Below, in pieces: positions 1 to 9,674 of a stretch of 64,000 bases of DNA. The notes beneath the pieces were generated by a model that worked only from the letters and a program-made list of their open reading frames with translations, made no database searches and was not told the origin of the DNA. Positions within the stretch are counted from its first letter, which is position 1; the number at the start of each line of letters is the position of its first letter. Source of the stretch: a virus. The stretch lies in the IMG/VR virus record IMGVR_UViG_3300023109_001684, one strand, 5' to 3'. Position numbers and translations under genes: made by a program.

Positions 1-556
1 CAATTTGTTCTTCTTCATATTCTGCAAGTGTTGAGTACATTTCTAATGCATTACGTCTATATCCGTATACACCTAAATGCCAATCACCGTAACCAGTAAT
101 ACCTCTACCAAACCACAGAGCTTGGTCACCTGCTTTTATCATTTTAACTGTATTAGGATCTTCTTGCATACAAGGAGGCATTTCTGTAAACACTGTAGTT
201 ACAGAGTAATGTTGTAGATGCCATTGTACTTGCTGTATCATAGCAACGTCTACATCGGGCATATCACCTTGTACGTTTATAAAGTGATTATACTTTTGCA
301 TATAGTCTAAGTTAATTGCGCCAGCACATCTTTCAGTACCATTTGCATAGTCTGTGTCATCTATAATAACACTTGTGTTTTGAAACACACTAGCAATGCG
401 TACATCATCAGTAAGCACGTATGTTGGTATCTTAGACGCAATACAAGCGTCATACACACGTTTTATCATAGGCACACCATCTAACATAGCTAGTGGCTTG
501 CCCGGCAGGCGTGTGCTATTATATCTTGCGGGTATAAGAATAGCTGACGATGTCAC
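1..556 (-). CDS. kdsB: 3-deoxy-manno-octulosonate cytidylyltransferase (CMP-Kdo synthetase); 3' end runs off the window
   Basis: Not in the ORF track. Manual translation from GTG at 556 (SD GAGGAGG upstream) gives VTSSAILIPARYNSTRLPGKPL...NGTERC...INVQGDMP...HLGVYGYR, the KdsB signature motifs. Overlaps the kdsA 3' end. Confidence 0.93.
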   Translation of the reverse strand, partial: MTSSAILIPARYNSTRLPGKPLAMLDGVPMIKRVYDACIASKIPTYVLTDDVRIASVFQNTSVIIDDTDYANGTERCAGAINLDYMQKYNHFINVQGDMPDVDVAMIQQVQWHLQHYSVTTVFTEMPPCMQEDPNTVKMIKAGDQALWFGRGITGYGDWHLGVYGYRRNALEMYSTLAEYEEEQI

Positions 557-1298
557 GTACCACCTCCTCAAAGTCTTCTAAGCGTAACATATTAGGACCG
601 TCACTGGGTGCTATATCAGGATTAGGATGGACTTCCAAGAAAAAATTCCGGATGCCAAGAGCAGCCCCACTACGAGCCAAGCCAGGCACGTAATCACGAT
701 TGCCACCTGAACTAGACCCTTGTCCCCCGGGTTTTTGGGCAGAGTGCGTACAATCAAAAACAATATCATGTTCATAAGTGTCGAGCATATACATAAGACC
801 AGTATAGTCAACGACAAGAGTGTTATAGCCAAAACTTGTTCCTCTCTCAGTTATCCAGACGTCTTTAGCGCCTTCAGTTTTACTTAGCACACCTTTCATA
901 TCCCAAGGTGCCATAAACTGACCTTTTTTAATATTAACAATTTTATCTGTAGCACAAGCCGCTTTGATCAAGTCAGTCTGTCTACATAAAAATGCAGGTA
1001 TCTGATAGACATCAACTGCATCTCTAAATTCTCGTTCAATGCGGTTCACTTGTACATAGTCATGTACATCAGTAAGTGTCTTTACACCTAGTGTTACTTT
1101 TAGTGCTAGGAAGTCTGTGAGTGTTGCTTCCATACCTAAGCCACGCACACCTTGCTCACTTGAGCGATTGGCTTTATCGTAACTTGCTTTGAAATAATAT
1201 TCAATGCCGTACTTGTCACATACACGTTTACACTCTCGAGCAATCTCTGATGACTGTGCTAGTCCTTCATGTTGACATGGCCCTGCTATAATTCTCAT
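519..1298 (-). CDS. kdsA: KDO 8-phosphate synthase
   Basis: IAGPC, KASYDKANRSS, QIPAFLCRQTDL, NIKKGQF, ERGTSFGY, DCTHS, FLEVHP.P..APSDG motifs. Probable start at MRIIAG. Confidence 0.97.
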   Translation of the reverse strand: MRIIAGPCQHEGLAQSSEIARECKRVCDKYGIEYYFKASYDKANRSSEQGVRGLGMEATLTDFLALKVTLGVKTLTDVHDYVQVNRIEREFRDAVDVYQIPAFLCRQTDLIKAACATDKIVNIKKGQFMAPWDMKGVLSKTEGAKDVWITERGTSFGYNTLVVDYTGLMYMLDTYEHDIVFDCTHSAQKPGGQGSSSGGNRDYVPGLARSGAALGIRNFFLEVHPNPDIAPSDGPNMLRLEDFEEVVRDIVSYSYTRKI

Positions 1299-1477
1299 TT
1301 GCAACTCTTACAGTTACAATCACGTATAAAGAAATGTACAACAGCCATTGTAAACCACATCCATGTCATTTCACCTACTCCGAGTAATGTTTGCCCGTGA
1401 CTCATGTGATGCATATCTTTATACAAAAATATACTTCCGAGTATTAAAAATAATACTCCTGCTCTTTTATGTCTCAT
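1295..1477 (-). CDS. small membrane protein, Met/His-rich, C-terminal CxCxxC
   Basis: Two hydrophobic segments; translationally coupled to both neighbours. Confidence 0.6.
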   Translation of the reverse strand: MRHKRAGVLFLILGSIFLYKDMHHMSHGQTLLGVGEMTWMWFTMAVVHFFIRDCNCKSCK

Positions 1478-1728
1478 TTGTGTTCCTTTATTGTATAATA
1501 AGTTGTTACTAATGTATCTAATAATTTTTTTAGCGTTGGATACTCTTCACTTAATTGGCATAGCTCTTGCCATTCTCCGTAGCTTATTAAGTCACCTTGT
1601 GCTCTAGCAACGCCTGCAGGATCTCCACCTATGATCCAACGAGGTATTTGATTATGGGGAGCATCTCTATACTTTGCATATACTACACCGTCGGCTCTCT
1701 CGTATATTAATGCTTCACCTGATATCAT
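1474..1728 (-). CDS. hypothetical protein
   Basis: Start moved to MISGEALIYER at 1728, directly after the upstream stop. Confidence 0.65.
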   Translation of the reverse strand: MISGEALIYERADGVVYAKYRDAPHNQIPRWIIGGDPAGVARAQGDLISYGEWQELCQLSEEYPTLKKLLDTLVTTYYTIKEHK

Positions 1729-1729
1729 T

Positions 1730-2260
1730 TTATTTTTCAATTGCAATGTCAAACTTTCCTTTTTTAGTAAGTTCATGATATTGAACTGTACCGTCAATGT
1801 ATGTTTTAATTTTTTCTAACCACCACTGGGGAGTTTCTAAAATTAAGTGGGCATTACGCCCGTCTGATAATTTTTTACGTGCAGGTAATGTATCAATACG
1901 TAGCCAAATATATTTTGTTGACAGCGTGTTTATATGATCTAATACTTGCCCAATGTACTCAGGTTCAATGTGTTCTAACACATCATTAGAAAATACACAA
2001 TCGTAATTAGAAGAGGACAAACTAGCAAACAACTCTAATGCAGGATCGTATCCTTGTATACTTACACCCGGATATGATTCTTTAAGTTGTGCTAGTATGT
2101 GTCCTTTTCCACAGCCATAGTCTAATAAAGATTTAACATTCCAAGAATCCATAAACTTTGGAAACTTTCCTAAATGTTTATTCTTGCCGCCGAAACCTGT
2201 TCGACGAGATTTATCGCTGTGTATTTCCTTTAATTGTTGTAAGTATTTTCTACTATACAA
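1730..2260 (-). CDS. class I SAM-dependent methyltransferase
   Basis: LLDYGCGKG, GYDP and DVLEHI motifs. Confidence 0.88.
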   Translation of the reverse strand: MYSRKYLQQLKEIHSDKSRRTGFGGKNKHLGKFPKFMDSWNVKSLLDYGCGKGHILAQLKESYPGVSIQGYDPALELFASLSSSNYDCVFSNDVLEHIEPEYIGQVLDHINTLSTKYIWLRIDTLPARKKLSDGRNAHLILETPQWWLEKIKTYIDGTVQYHELTKKGKFDIAIEK

Positions 2261-2503
2261 TTAACCTAACCTTTTTACTAACTCTGCTTTAGTAAGACTT
2301 GCGTTAGCTTTAACGCCACGCTTCTTAGCTTCTTTAAGAAGTTGATCTTTTGTTAATTTGCTAAAGTCGCAAGTTTTAGTTGCTGCCTTTTTAGCTTTTG
2401 TTTTAGGCTTAGTTGCTTTTTTAGGTGTTGAATTTTCTTTTGACAACTCGTTAATAACTGTCGGAACATCCTTCCCTAGTAAACTTCTTATCCATGACCA
2501 CAT
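2261..2503 (-). CDS. small basic protein with C-terminal Rho_N/HeH-like helical hairpin
   Basis: KLTKDQLLKEAKKRGV...LTKAELVKRL. Start MWSW follows an AAGGA SD. Confidence 0.6.
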   Translation of the reverse strand: MWSWIRSLLGKDVPTVINELSKENSTPKKATKPKTKAKKAATKTCDFSKLTKDQLLKEAKKRGVKANASLTKAELVKRLG

Positions 2504-2527
2504 ATTTTTAATCCTTTTATAAATGTG

Positions 2528-2552
2528 GATAGCGAGCAAAGAGCTCGCTATC
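2528..2552 (-). terminator. stem-loop downstream of yhhQ (terminator or stabiliser)
   Basis: GATAGCGAGC-aaaga-GCTCGCTATC, a 10-bp perfect stem with only a weak U-tract. Confidence 0.45.
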
Positions 2553-2570
2553 TATCTTTGGGTAGTTAAA

Positions 2571-3179
2571 TTAACTACCGTCGCCTACTTCTACTCTACC
2601 TTTAAGGTAACGTAGTAGTAAACCATATGCAGGTAAGAATATAATTAATCCTACCGCAATTTTTAGCACAGCTTGTGAGCCTGCAATTTCCATCCAGTTA
2701 GCAGCCATATACTCATCTGCTGAGTTATTAAACGCTACTGCAAAGAATGTGTAACTGTCAATTACGTTTGCAACTATAGTTGACAATGCAGGTGCTAACC
2801 ACCATGCACTCATACGTTCTCTAATTGCTTGGAACACATATACGTCAATAAACGTACCTACAGCATATGCTGTTGCTGATGCAAAGCCAATACGCATTGC
2901 TACACTCTCTGGTGCACCTTCTGCTAGTACTACTGCAATACTTGTAATAATTGCAATTGGGTATGCTGCCGCGATGGTTGCTCGAGCAATGTTCTTACCT
3001 AATAAACGTACTGTTAAGTCAGTTGCTAGAATAACTATCGGAAACGTAAACGCTGCCCAAGTTAATTTAAACCCAGCAATCTCTACTGGTATTGCAACTA
3101 GTGCGTTGCTAATTGTAATGACTATAACTTGCAACAGTGCAAGTTTTAGCATCATCTTCTTATCTATGTTTTTAAACAT
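2571..3179 (-). CDS. yhhQ: VUT-family queuosine precursor (preQ0/preQ1) transporter
   Basis: Multi-TM protein with SNxLV, TWAAFTFP...LATDLTVRL.G, RI..AS..AY..G...D..VF and DS..FF..AF motifs typical of YhhQ. Confidence 0.88.
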   Translation of the reverse strand: MFKNIDKKMMLKLALLQVIVITISNALVAIPVEIAGFKLTWAAFTFPIVILATDLTVRLLGKNIARATIAAAYPIAIITSIAVVLAEGAPESVAMRIGFASATAYAVGTFIDVYVFQAIRERMSAWWLAPALSTIVANVIDSYTFFAVAFNNSADEYMAANWMEIAGSQAVLKIAVGLIIFLPAYGLLLRYLKGRVEVGDGS

Positions 3180-3182
3180 TTG

Positions 3183-3542
3183 TTACTTCTTTCTAATTGC
3201 TGTGCCGCTTGTTCGACGAACAATGTCATCGTGATTAAATTCAGCCCAGTATAATTCAAAAGCGACACCGTCTTCTAAACCTTCAAACTGGTGAATTTTT
3301 CCGGGCTTCACTTGTGTAAAGTCCCCTGCTTCAAGAATAGTTTCATCAACTAGTCCTTGATCATCTTGCCAAACTCGAACAATCATCTTGCCCGATTCAA
3401 CAAAGAATCCGTTCCATTTAAATTCGTGTGCGTGTTCGCTACACTTGTATCCTGCGTTAAAATTAATGCGGTGAAACTCTAGTACACCATTGGCGTGGAT
3501 TAGTTCTGTGCCACCCCATATTTTACCTGCTTTAATTCCCAT
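3183..3542 (-). CDS. cupin-domain protein
   Basis: KxWG start, CSEHAHEFKWNGF and PGKIHQF cupin motifs. Confidence 0.8.
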   Translation of the reverse strand: MGIKAGKIWGGTELIHANGVLEFHRINFNAGYKCSEHAHEFKWNGFFVESGKMIVRVWQDDQGLVDETILEAGDFTQVKPGKIHQFEGLEDGVAFELYWAEFNHDDIVRRTSGTAIRKK

Positions 3543-3553
3543 ATGTATTTCCT

Positions 3554-4060
3554 TTATATTAAAAGTGAGTATTCTATAACTTCACACTGTCGACTGATAT
3601 CTTTTACAAAGTATGCACACAATGGCTTATCACCATCTTCGATAGGAACACTTAGTAATTGTCCGTTTTTCATTTTTGGGAAATACCATTTTACATCTGA
3701 ATAAAAGTTTACAATTTCAATTTCTTCAAAGTCAACTTTATAGCTTGATAGCGGATTAAAAAGAAATGCTTCAAACCCTCTATTGTTTAAACTAGTAAGC
3801 GGTAGTATTTCTAAGTCGTTACCACTTTGGCTACATCCAACAGCTACACTCCAATCTACCGGCATTGTAATTTCTCTGCCGTTAATATTAATTACCATTG
3901 CAGGTGCGCTAAAGCTCTCAAGAAAGATTAAAGGTACAAAAAAGAAATCTGGATTTTTAGGATCGCTATTATCTAGTACACTGAACCGTATGTCTTCTTC
4001 TATTTCATCTGGTAGCTTATCTAAATGAAAGCATTGATTTTCTAATGTTAATATTCTCAT
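3554..4060 (-). CDS. hypothetical protein, possibly degenerate Hint-like beta fold
   Basis: 168-aa ORF directly after uvsW; the fold is only a guess. Confidence 0.7.
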   Translation of the reverse strand: MRILTLENQCFHLDKLPDEIEEDIRFSVLDNSDPKNPDFFFVPLIFLESFSAPAMVININGREITMPVDWSVAVGCSQSGNDLEILPLTSLNNRGFEAFLFNPLSSYKVDFEEIEIVNFYSDVKWYFPKMKNGQLLSVPIEDGDKPLCAYFVKDISRQCEVIEYSLLI

Positions 4061-4063
4061 AAT

Positions 4064-5527
4064 TTAATTCCAATCCACCTTTTCTATTGTGAATGGGTAC
4101 TCTGCTTCTTTGTAAAACTTCTTACGCTGAGTTAGATGTCGCTTCGCAAACTTACAAGTGGATGTAAGGTCCCATATTTGTACGAAGTCTTTGTCCTTTG
4201 CCTTTCTTACACCTCTACCAATTGATTGAATTACTCTTACAAAAGACTTCCCAGGCTCCAAAAGAACCAAGTTAAAAATACGAGGAATGTTAAGACCCAC
4301 GGCAGCAACTCCATAGGTTGCGATAATAACCTCGTTAGTTCCTTCACGAATCGTATCATAGGTTTCCTTTCTATCTTTTACTTTTACAGCGCCGCTTACA
4401 AACGTTGCGTTAGGTATAAGTTCGGCAAGCATTTGGCCTGCGCTAATTCTGTCTACTAGTATAAGTGTGTTGCCTGAGTCTTTTATTGTGTTTAGTAATT
4501 TGCCTATATATTCTATTCTTGCTTGATTAGTAACAAGATATTTTAATTCTGATTGGTAATCGCTGTGTGCTACTGTATCCATTAGTTGTACAATATTAAC
4601 ATGACACTGTGCAAGAACACCTTTGTCTTGTAATTCTTTTGCGCTGATGTTGCCAATTACAGGACCAAGACTAGCATGAATACTTTCAAATTCAAACTTT
4701 GCTTTTGGTACTGTACCAGTTAGCCCCCAGCGTATTGGAGCGTTACGTAGGTTGCGGGTAAGCAAGTTCTTAAGAACTTCTGCTTTGGCTTGGTGTACTT
4801 CGTCAACAATAATAGTGCTCACACCTTCTAAGAACTCAGCTAGTGATAACACTGCGCTTCCGTCTTTGTGCTTCTTGTCTAGAATATTCAAACTCTGCCA
4901 AGTGCAAATAGTGTGAGTCTTACCTAAGTTTTTCCTGTCTCCAAAGTATACCCCTACGTCGAGCCCACAGTTAATATAGTCTTCTTCTGTTTGTTCTACT
5001 AACGATTTGTTAGGAACAATCACAAGTGACCTACCGTATGGCTCAGCTATATGTGACAACGTTGCTGTCGTAATTGTTTTACCTGCACCAGTAGCAATCT
5101 GTTGCAAGCTTTGTGGATTATTTAAAAAGTTATTAATTGCTTCTACTTGATAGTCACGTAGAATAATGTCTTCGCCTTCTGCTGGATGACCTTCAGGCCA
5201 TACAACACCTTGGTCTTTCCAATAATTTTCTGTAACGGGTGTAAAGTCTAATTTAATTGGGTGACGTCTATCTTCGATGTCTACTATTTGTACGTTATTC
5301 TTTTGTAGAACTTCACTAACAATATCAAGATGATTGACGTAGCCAGAGCCGCCAATACCAAAAAAAGCAACCTTTCCATCCCAGCGACCAAGTTTATATT
5401 GTGGCATATACTTTGCATATGGCACTTCAAACTTAAGAGCGTTCGCGAGCTTTCTCCGTACATCAACCTCTAGTCCTTCCAGCTTAATGTTTACTTCATC
5501 TTCTATTATTAGTTTGCAGCTTGCCAT
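4064..5527 (-). CDS. uvsW: UvsW-like SF2 DNA helicase
   Basis: LRDYQ, ATGAGKT, DEVH, GLTGT and QSIGRGVR helicase motifs in a T4-like context. Confidence 0.92.
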   Translation of the reverse strand: MASCKLIIEDEVNIKLEGLEVDVRRKLANALKFEVPYAKYMPQYKLGRWDGKVAFFGIGGSGYVNHLDIVSEVLQKNNVQIVDIEDRRHPIKLDFTPVTENYWKDQGVVWPEGHPAEGEDIILRDYQVEAINNFLNNPQSLQQIATGAGKTITTATLSHIAEPYGRSLVIVPNKSLVEQTEEDYINCGLDVGVYFGDRKNLGKTHTICTWQSLNILDKKHKDGSAVLSLAEFLEGVSTIIVDEVHQAKAEVLKNLLTRNLRNAPIRWGLTGTVPKAKFEFESIHASLGPVIGNISAKELQDKGVLAQCHVNIVQLMDTVAHSDYQSELKYLVTNQARIEYIGKLLNTIKDSGNTLILVDRISAGQMLAELIPNATFVSGAVKVKDRKETYDTIREGTNEVIIATYGVAAVGLNIPRIFNLVLLEPGKSFVRVIQSIGRGVRKAKDKDFVQIWDLTSTCKFAKRHLTQRKKFYKEAEYPFTIEKVDWN

Positions 5528-6744
5528 TAAATTTCCTGAATTTTATTTTTTTCAAAACGCATGAACTGACTAATGTTACTGTCGTAATGTATAATTAAAT
5601 CATATTCATCTGCGTAATGCGACATCTTCATATTCAACCGGTAGCTTTCTAACATCAACATAGTTAGAGGTTTGCAATCGCTTGTCAATAAAGGTTTATT
5701 AAGTTTATTTCTATTAATATACACTATTTTTGTGTCTTTGTCAACCGGAGAATTTAACTTGTGTTCTTTAATATACTCGTTAAACCCGTCACTCTTATTA
5801 GACTCTAATCGCATCATTACACTTATTTGATCATTAGATACAACATTTTTAAAATGATTATGTGATATAATTAAGTGATCAAATGCATCATCGTCATCTA
5901 ATAAAATAACAACAGGGAATCTTTCTAGTTCTATTAAACTTCCAACAATCTGATCTAATGTACACTGTGTTGAATTAATAAAAATATGCGACATTTCTCT
6001 ATTAACAATTTTCTGTGTGAGCGTACTGTACTTAGGTAAACAGTAATTAATGTCAAAGTCAAATTCTTTAATACCGTACATTAAACTTCTGTCTCTATAA
6101 AGGACTATGTTATCTTTAGATAACTTACCTAAACTGTCCTCTAAACTTTTTACACCGTTAGGATGTAAATTCTTTAAAGTCATATTTCTAATACTTGGAA
6201 CGTAGTCTTCTTTTCTTAATTTTAACAGAGTGTCATAAGCTTCTAGTAGTACTTGATCTATTTCGAAATTTTTATCTTTAAATGCACTGATTACATTAAA
6301 TATATTTTGCTCGTTAGCTAAAAAATGATGTTCATGACTACCTTTTCTATGACTATATTCACGGTGATTATATTGAATCTGTTGTAACGTCATAATTAAT
6401 TTTTTACTAAATGGAAAGCGTACTTTAATCCAGTTTTCTTTTGGTTCATTTAATGGTGCTTGGATTAGTGTAATATACTTACTACGGTCAATTTGTCTAA
6501 GTGGCAAACGTAAAGTTTTGATAGCTAAATCAAAATTACAATTAGTAAATTGTTCTTTATATTTTTGTAGTTTATCTTTCATTAGAAGAAACTGTCTATC
6601 TGTCAATGCAGTACCTTTAAATGATTGCCGTGCAATGCTATGTATGATAGTAGCATCGGTTGATTCTATTTTTAAGTTGTCTGAAGAAGTTAACCCTGCT
6701 AGTGTTTCCAGGAGGTCTTCGATAGTATTAATATTAGTTTCCAT
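5527..6744 (-). CDS. hypothetical protein (first gene of the uvsW operon)
   Basis: 405-aa ORF coupled to uvsW and preceded by a sigma70 promoter. Confidence 0.75.
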   Translation of the reverse strand: METNINTIEDLLETLAGLTSSDNLKIESTDATIIHSIARQSFKGTALTDRQFLLMKDKLQKYKEQFTNCNFDLAIKTLRLPLRQIDRSKYITLIQAPLNEPKENWIKVRFPFSKKLIMTLQQIQYNHREYSHRKGSHEHHFLANEQNIFNVISAFKDKNFEIDQVLLEAYDTLLKLRKEDYVPSIRNMTLKNLHPNGVKSLEDSLGKLSKDNIVLYRDRSLMYGIKEFDFDINYCLPKYSTLTQKIVNREMSHIFINSTQCTLDQIVGSLIELERFPVVILLDDDDAFDHLIISHNHFKNVVSNDQISVMMRLESNKSDGFNEYIKEHKLNSPVDKDTKIVYINRNKLNKPLLTSDCKPLTMLMLESYRLNMKMSHYADEYDLIIHYDSNISQFMRFEKNKIQEI

Positions 6745-6750
6745 AACACT

Positions 6751-6779
6751 ATTATAACTTAAGAGATAGCAGAAGTCAA
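6751..6779 (-). promoter_or_regulatory. sigma70-type promoter, probably leaderless transcript
   Basis: TTGACT-17 nt-TATAAT, then 6 nt to the ATG at 6744; no SD. Confidence 0.8.
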
Positions 6780-7637
6780 GTGTTTAAGTGGAATACCTTG
6801 AGAAATTTCTTTGATTGTATATTCAGTATGTGCATAATCGTTGAGCCATGCTTGCCTTGCTCCCATATGCGGTTCTTCGATATCAAAAAGAAAGTCTATG
6901 TCATTAGCTACTGGATATGCTAACGAGCTAGGACTTACAAACGACGGAACACCATTCATGATACTGTGTATACCTGGGTTGCTACTGTAACTTATAGTGG
7001 CCCATATATTATCAAACTTCATATCAAAGTCGTCATAGGTGCCTGGTAGTTGTCTCGGTTCCTGTCTGTATACATGTTTTAATCCAAGTTCGATATGAGG
7101 CAATCTACAACGTGGATGCGCTCGAAATAATATAGGACGATCAGTGTGTTTGCGGATTTCTCTGTAAGTTTGCATAAACCAATTGCTCATACTCGGCATG
7201 TCTTGCCACTGCAAACTTTTATCGTGTTGTCCGCATATTAAAATAAAATCCCCGTTGGATCTCCAAGGTTTACAAACCAGTCCCATGCTATCAGCCCGGC
7301 TCCTATCATTGTTGCCGCTACCAAAGTAGCCAGTTCTGTTAATTCCATTTAGTCCTACTTTCCAAGTTATACCTCGTTGGATGCCGCCAACTTCTAATAC
7401 TATAACAGGTTTCTTTAACATACGGTTTTGTTCCCATACATTTTTGTTCTTTGCCATTCTTCCGTGCCATAACACACTCCATATAACAGCAACATCATAA
7501 TTGTCGTAATGGTCCATTACTCTATAAGGCTCATTGTAAATTACAGTATGTCCGGCATCTATTATACTTTTAGCAAATGCTTCGAATACTGGTTTAGAAT
7601 TTAGTGCGCCATAATCAGTGTATAAACAAAAAATCAT
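6759..7637 (-). CDS. KpsS/KpsC-like capsule-synthesis glycosyltransferase (paralog 1)
   Basis: ICGQHDKS, RPILFRAHP and SSNPGIHSIMNGVP motifs shared with four paralogs. Confidence 0.7.
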   Translation of the reverse strand: MIFCLYTDYGALNSKPVFEAFAKSIIDAGHTVIYNEPYRVMDHYDNYDVAVIWSVLWHGRMAKNKNVWEQNRMLKKPVIVLEVGGIQRGITWKVGLNGINRTGYFGSGNNDRSRADSMGLVCKPWRSNGDFILICGQHDKSLQWQDMPSMSNWFMQTYREIRKHTDRPILFRAHPRCRLPHIELGLKHVYRQEPRQLPGTYDDFDMKFDNIWATISYSSNPGIHSIMNGVPSFVSPSSLAYPVANDIDFLFDIEEPHMGARQAWLNDYAHTEYTIKEISQGIPLKHLTSAIS

Positions 7638-7639
7638 CA

Positions 7640-7666
7640 GTTAAATACTCCATATACATATTTAAC
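7640..7666. promoter_or_regulatory. face-to-face pair of T4-like late promoters
   Basis: GTTAAATA (+, 7640-7647) and TATTTAAC (-, 7659-7666) form an inverted repeat between divergent GT genes. Confidence 0.6.
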
Positions 7667-7678
7667 AAGAGGAACACC

Positions 7679-8524
7679 ATGACATCAATAACAGTGGTTA
7701 CAACATTTCATCAGCCAGGACTAAGTTTATATGGACAACGATTCTTAGATAGTTTTGCAGAAAGAGTTGAAAATAAAGTAAAGCTATTAGTGTATGCTGA
7801 AGATTGCACTCCTGTAAATCCCAATCCTGAGCAAATTACAATACTTAACGCAACAGAAGTTTTGCCAAAACTTAATGCATTTAAAAGTAAGTGGGGAAGT
7901 GTTGATAAAGCAAATGGTATACCGCCTGCTGATATAAGAGCTCGCAGACCACGTGATTGGCAGAAGAAATTTAAATGGGACGCTGTACGCTTTGCTAACA
8001 AGACATACGCTGTGTATGACGCTTGTACACGCTCTAAGGACTGGTGTGTATGGATGGATGCAGATACGTTTGTACACAGTGACTGGAGCCATAAACAATT
8101 TAAAGAGCTGTTACCAAATAATGCATGGATAACATATGTAGGTAGAGGCAAAGGATCACAGACATGGCCCGAGTGTGGCTTCTATGGTATGAACTTAAAT
8201 CATCCAGTGTGTCACGAGTTCCTTAAAGAGTTTGAACGTATGTATGAAGATGCAGACAACGGCATATTTACATTAGAAGAATGGCACGACAGTTATGTGT
8301 TTGGTCATATACTTAATAACATGAAGAAAGACTTTCCAACAGTATTAGACTATAGTGCAGAAATGTACTTACGTGAAGCAAGTACAGGCGGTGGTGGACA
8401 TCCTCTAATAAACACAGTTTTAGGCAAATGGATGGATCATATGAAGGGCGATCGTAAAACTGCGGGTAAAAGCAAACATACAGATATAATGGTTAACCGA
8501 CAAGAAGATTATTGGCGTGGATGA
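7679..8524 (+). CDS. GT-A fold glycosyltransferase
   Basis: WMDAD (DxD), ECGFY and EWHDS motifs. Start MTSIT after an AGAGGA SD. Confidence 0.75.
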   Translation: MTSITVVTTFHQPGLSLYGQRFLDSFAERVENKVKLLVYAEDCTPVNPNPEQITILNATEVLPKLNAFKSKWGSVDKANGIPPADIRARRPRDWQKKFKWDAVRFANKTYAVYDACTRSKDWCVWMDADTFVHSDWSHKQFKELLPNNAWITYVGRGKGSQTWPECGFYGMNLNHPVCHEFLKEFERMYEDADNGIFTLEEWHDSYVFGHILNNMKKDFPTVLDYSAEMYLREASTGGGGHPLINTVLGKWMDHMKGDRKTAGKSKHTDIMVNRQEDYWRG

Positions 8525-9101
8525 TACCTATAAGAAAATAAACATTACTATATGGCCGCAATACCGTTTAAATTATTGGGGTATTACTAAGTGTGCTAAT
8601 AGTGCCGTTAAAAGTAGTTTGATGAATCATAATGTAAAAAATATTAATAAACGAGATAAATCATTACACTCTTCAAAAAACGTTACATACATTTCTCAAG
8701 AAGCAGCATTATCAAATAACTATGTAAATTTTAGTGTTACTAGAGATCCTTACGAACGATTTGTTTCTCTCTATAAAGACTTTGGCTGTGACAGATATAA
8801 AGCCATTGGGTTGCAAGACAGTGTATCATTTGATTACTTTATTGATTATGCCTTAGAAAAATTTCCTAATGATAATTGTAATATACATTTTAAAAGTCAA
8901 AGTAGTTTTATTGCAAATAAGTATGAACTATTATTTGATAATGTCTTTGATATTTCTAGAGTACCAGAATTTTTATTGTCTTATGGTGTTAATTTAAATT
9001 ATGCAAATGTATCTAAAAGTCAAGAAGTTATTTTAAGTAGCGTACACAGACAAAGAATATTTGACAGGTATGAAAACGATTTTGTGTTACTAGGTTATTA
9101 A
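8517..9101 (+). CDS. sulfotransferase family 2 protein
   Basis: ITKCANS (5'-PSB), RDPYERFVSLY (3'-PB), HFKSQ and YENDF motifs. Confidence 0.85.
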   Translation: MDDTYKKINITIWPQYRLNYWGITKCANSAVKSSLMNHNVKNINKRDKSLHSSKNVTYISQEAALSNNYVNFSVTRDPYERFVSLYKDFGCDRYKAIGLQDSVSFDYFIDYALEKFPNDNCNIHFKSQSSFIANKYELLFDNVFDISRVPEFLLSYGVNLNYANVSKSQEVILSSVHRQRIFDRYENDFVLLGY

Positions 9102-9674
9102 ATGTATAGAATTACATCATGGCCTAATTTCAATATTAATTTTTGGAGTATTACTAAGTGTGCTAATACTGCAATGAAGATTCATTTATACGAACTAACT
9201 AACGGTGAAATATCTTTACACAGAGATACTGATATTAACAAACATCTAAAGTTTATTTCTGCAGAAGAGGCAGCAAATAATAATTTTATAAATTTTACGA
9301 TATGTAGAAATCCATACACTAGATTTTTAAGTGCATACAATTACATACGTTACAAACGTCCTAAAAAACTAAAGGACATTGGCCTACCTAAAGAATGTAC
9401 AGTTGATCAACTTATTGAATTTTTATTTTGTAATCGAGATAACGAAGCATTAGATCCGCATTTAAAAAAACAGATTAATTTTATAAATCATAATGTACAT
9501 AATATAATACACATTGAAAATATTCAAGAAGAATGGAATATAAATTTGCCAATCCTTGGAGTATCAAAAAATGTTAATACACGCAAACAACTATTAAAAT
9601 TATCTAAAACTCAAAAAGCACTTGTGTATAACTGGTATAGAGAAGACTTTACATTCTTTAACTACGAAAAATAA
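9102..9674 (+). CDS. sulfotransferase family 2 protein (tandem paralog)
   Basis: ITKCANT, RNPYTRFLSAY, HLKKQ and YREDF motifs. Confidence 0.85.
   Translation: MYRITSWPNFNINFWSITKCANTAMKIHLYELTNGEISLHRDTDINKHLKFISAEEAANNNFINFTICRNPYTRFLSAYNYIRYKRPKKLKDIGLPKECTVDQLIEFLFCNRDNEALDPHLKKQINFINHNVHNIIHIENIQEEWNINLPILGVSKNVNTRKQLLKLSKTQKALVYNWYREDFTFFNYEK

Noticed and set aside
2504-2570. preQ1 riboswitch associated with yhhQ
   Set aside because: The hairpin is downstream of yhhQ and lacks the preQ1-I consensus.
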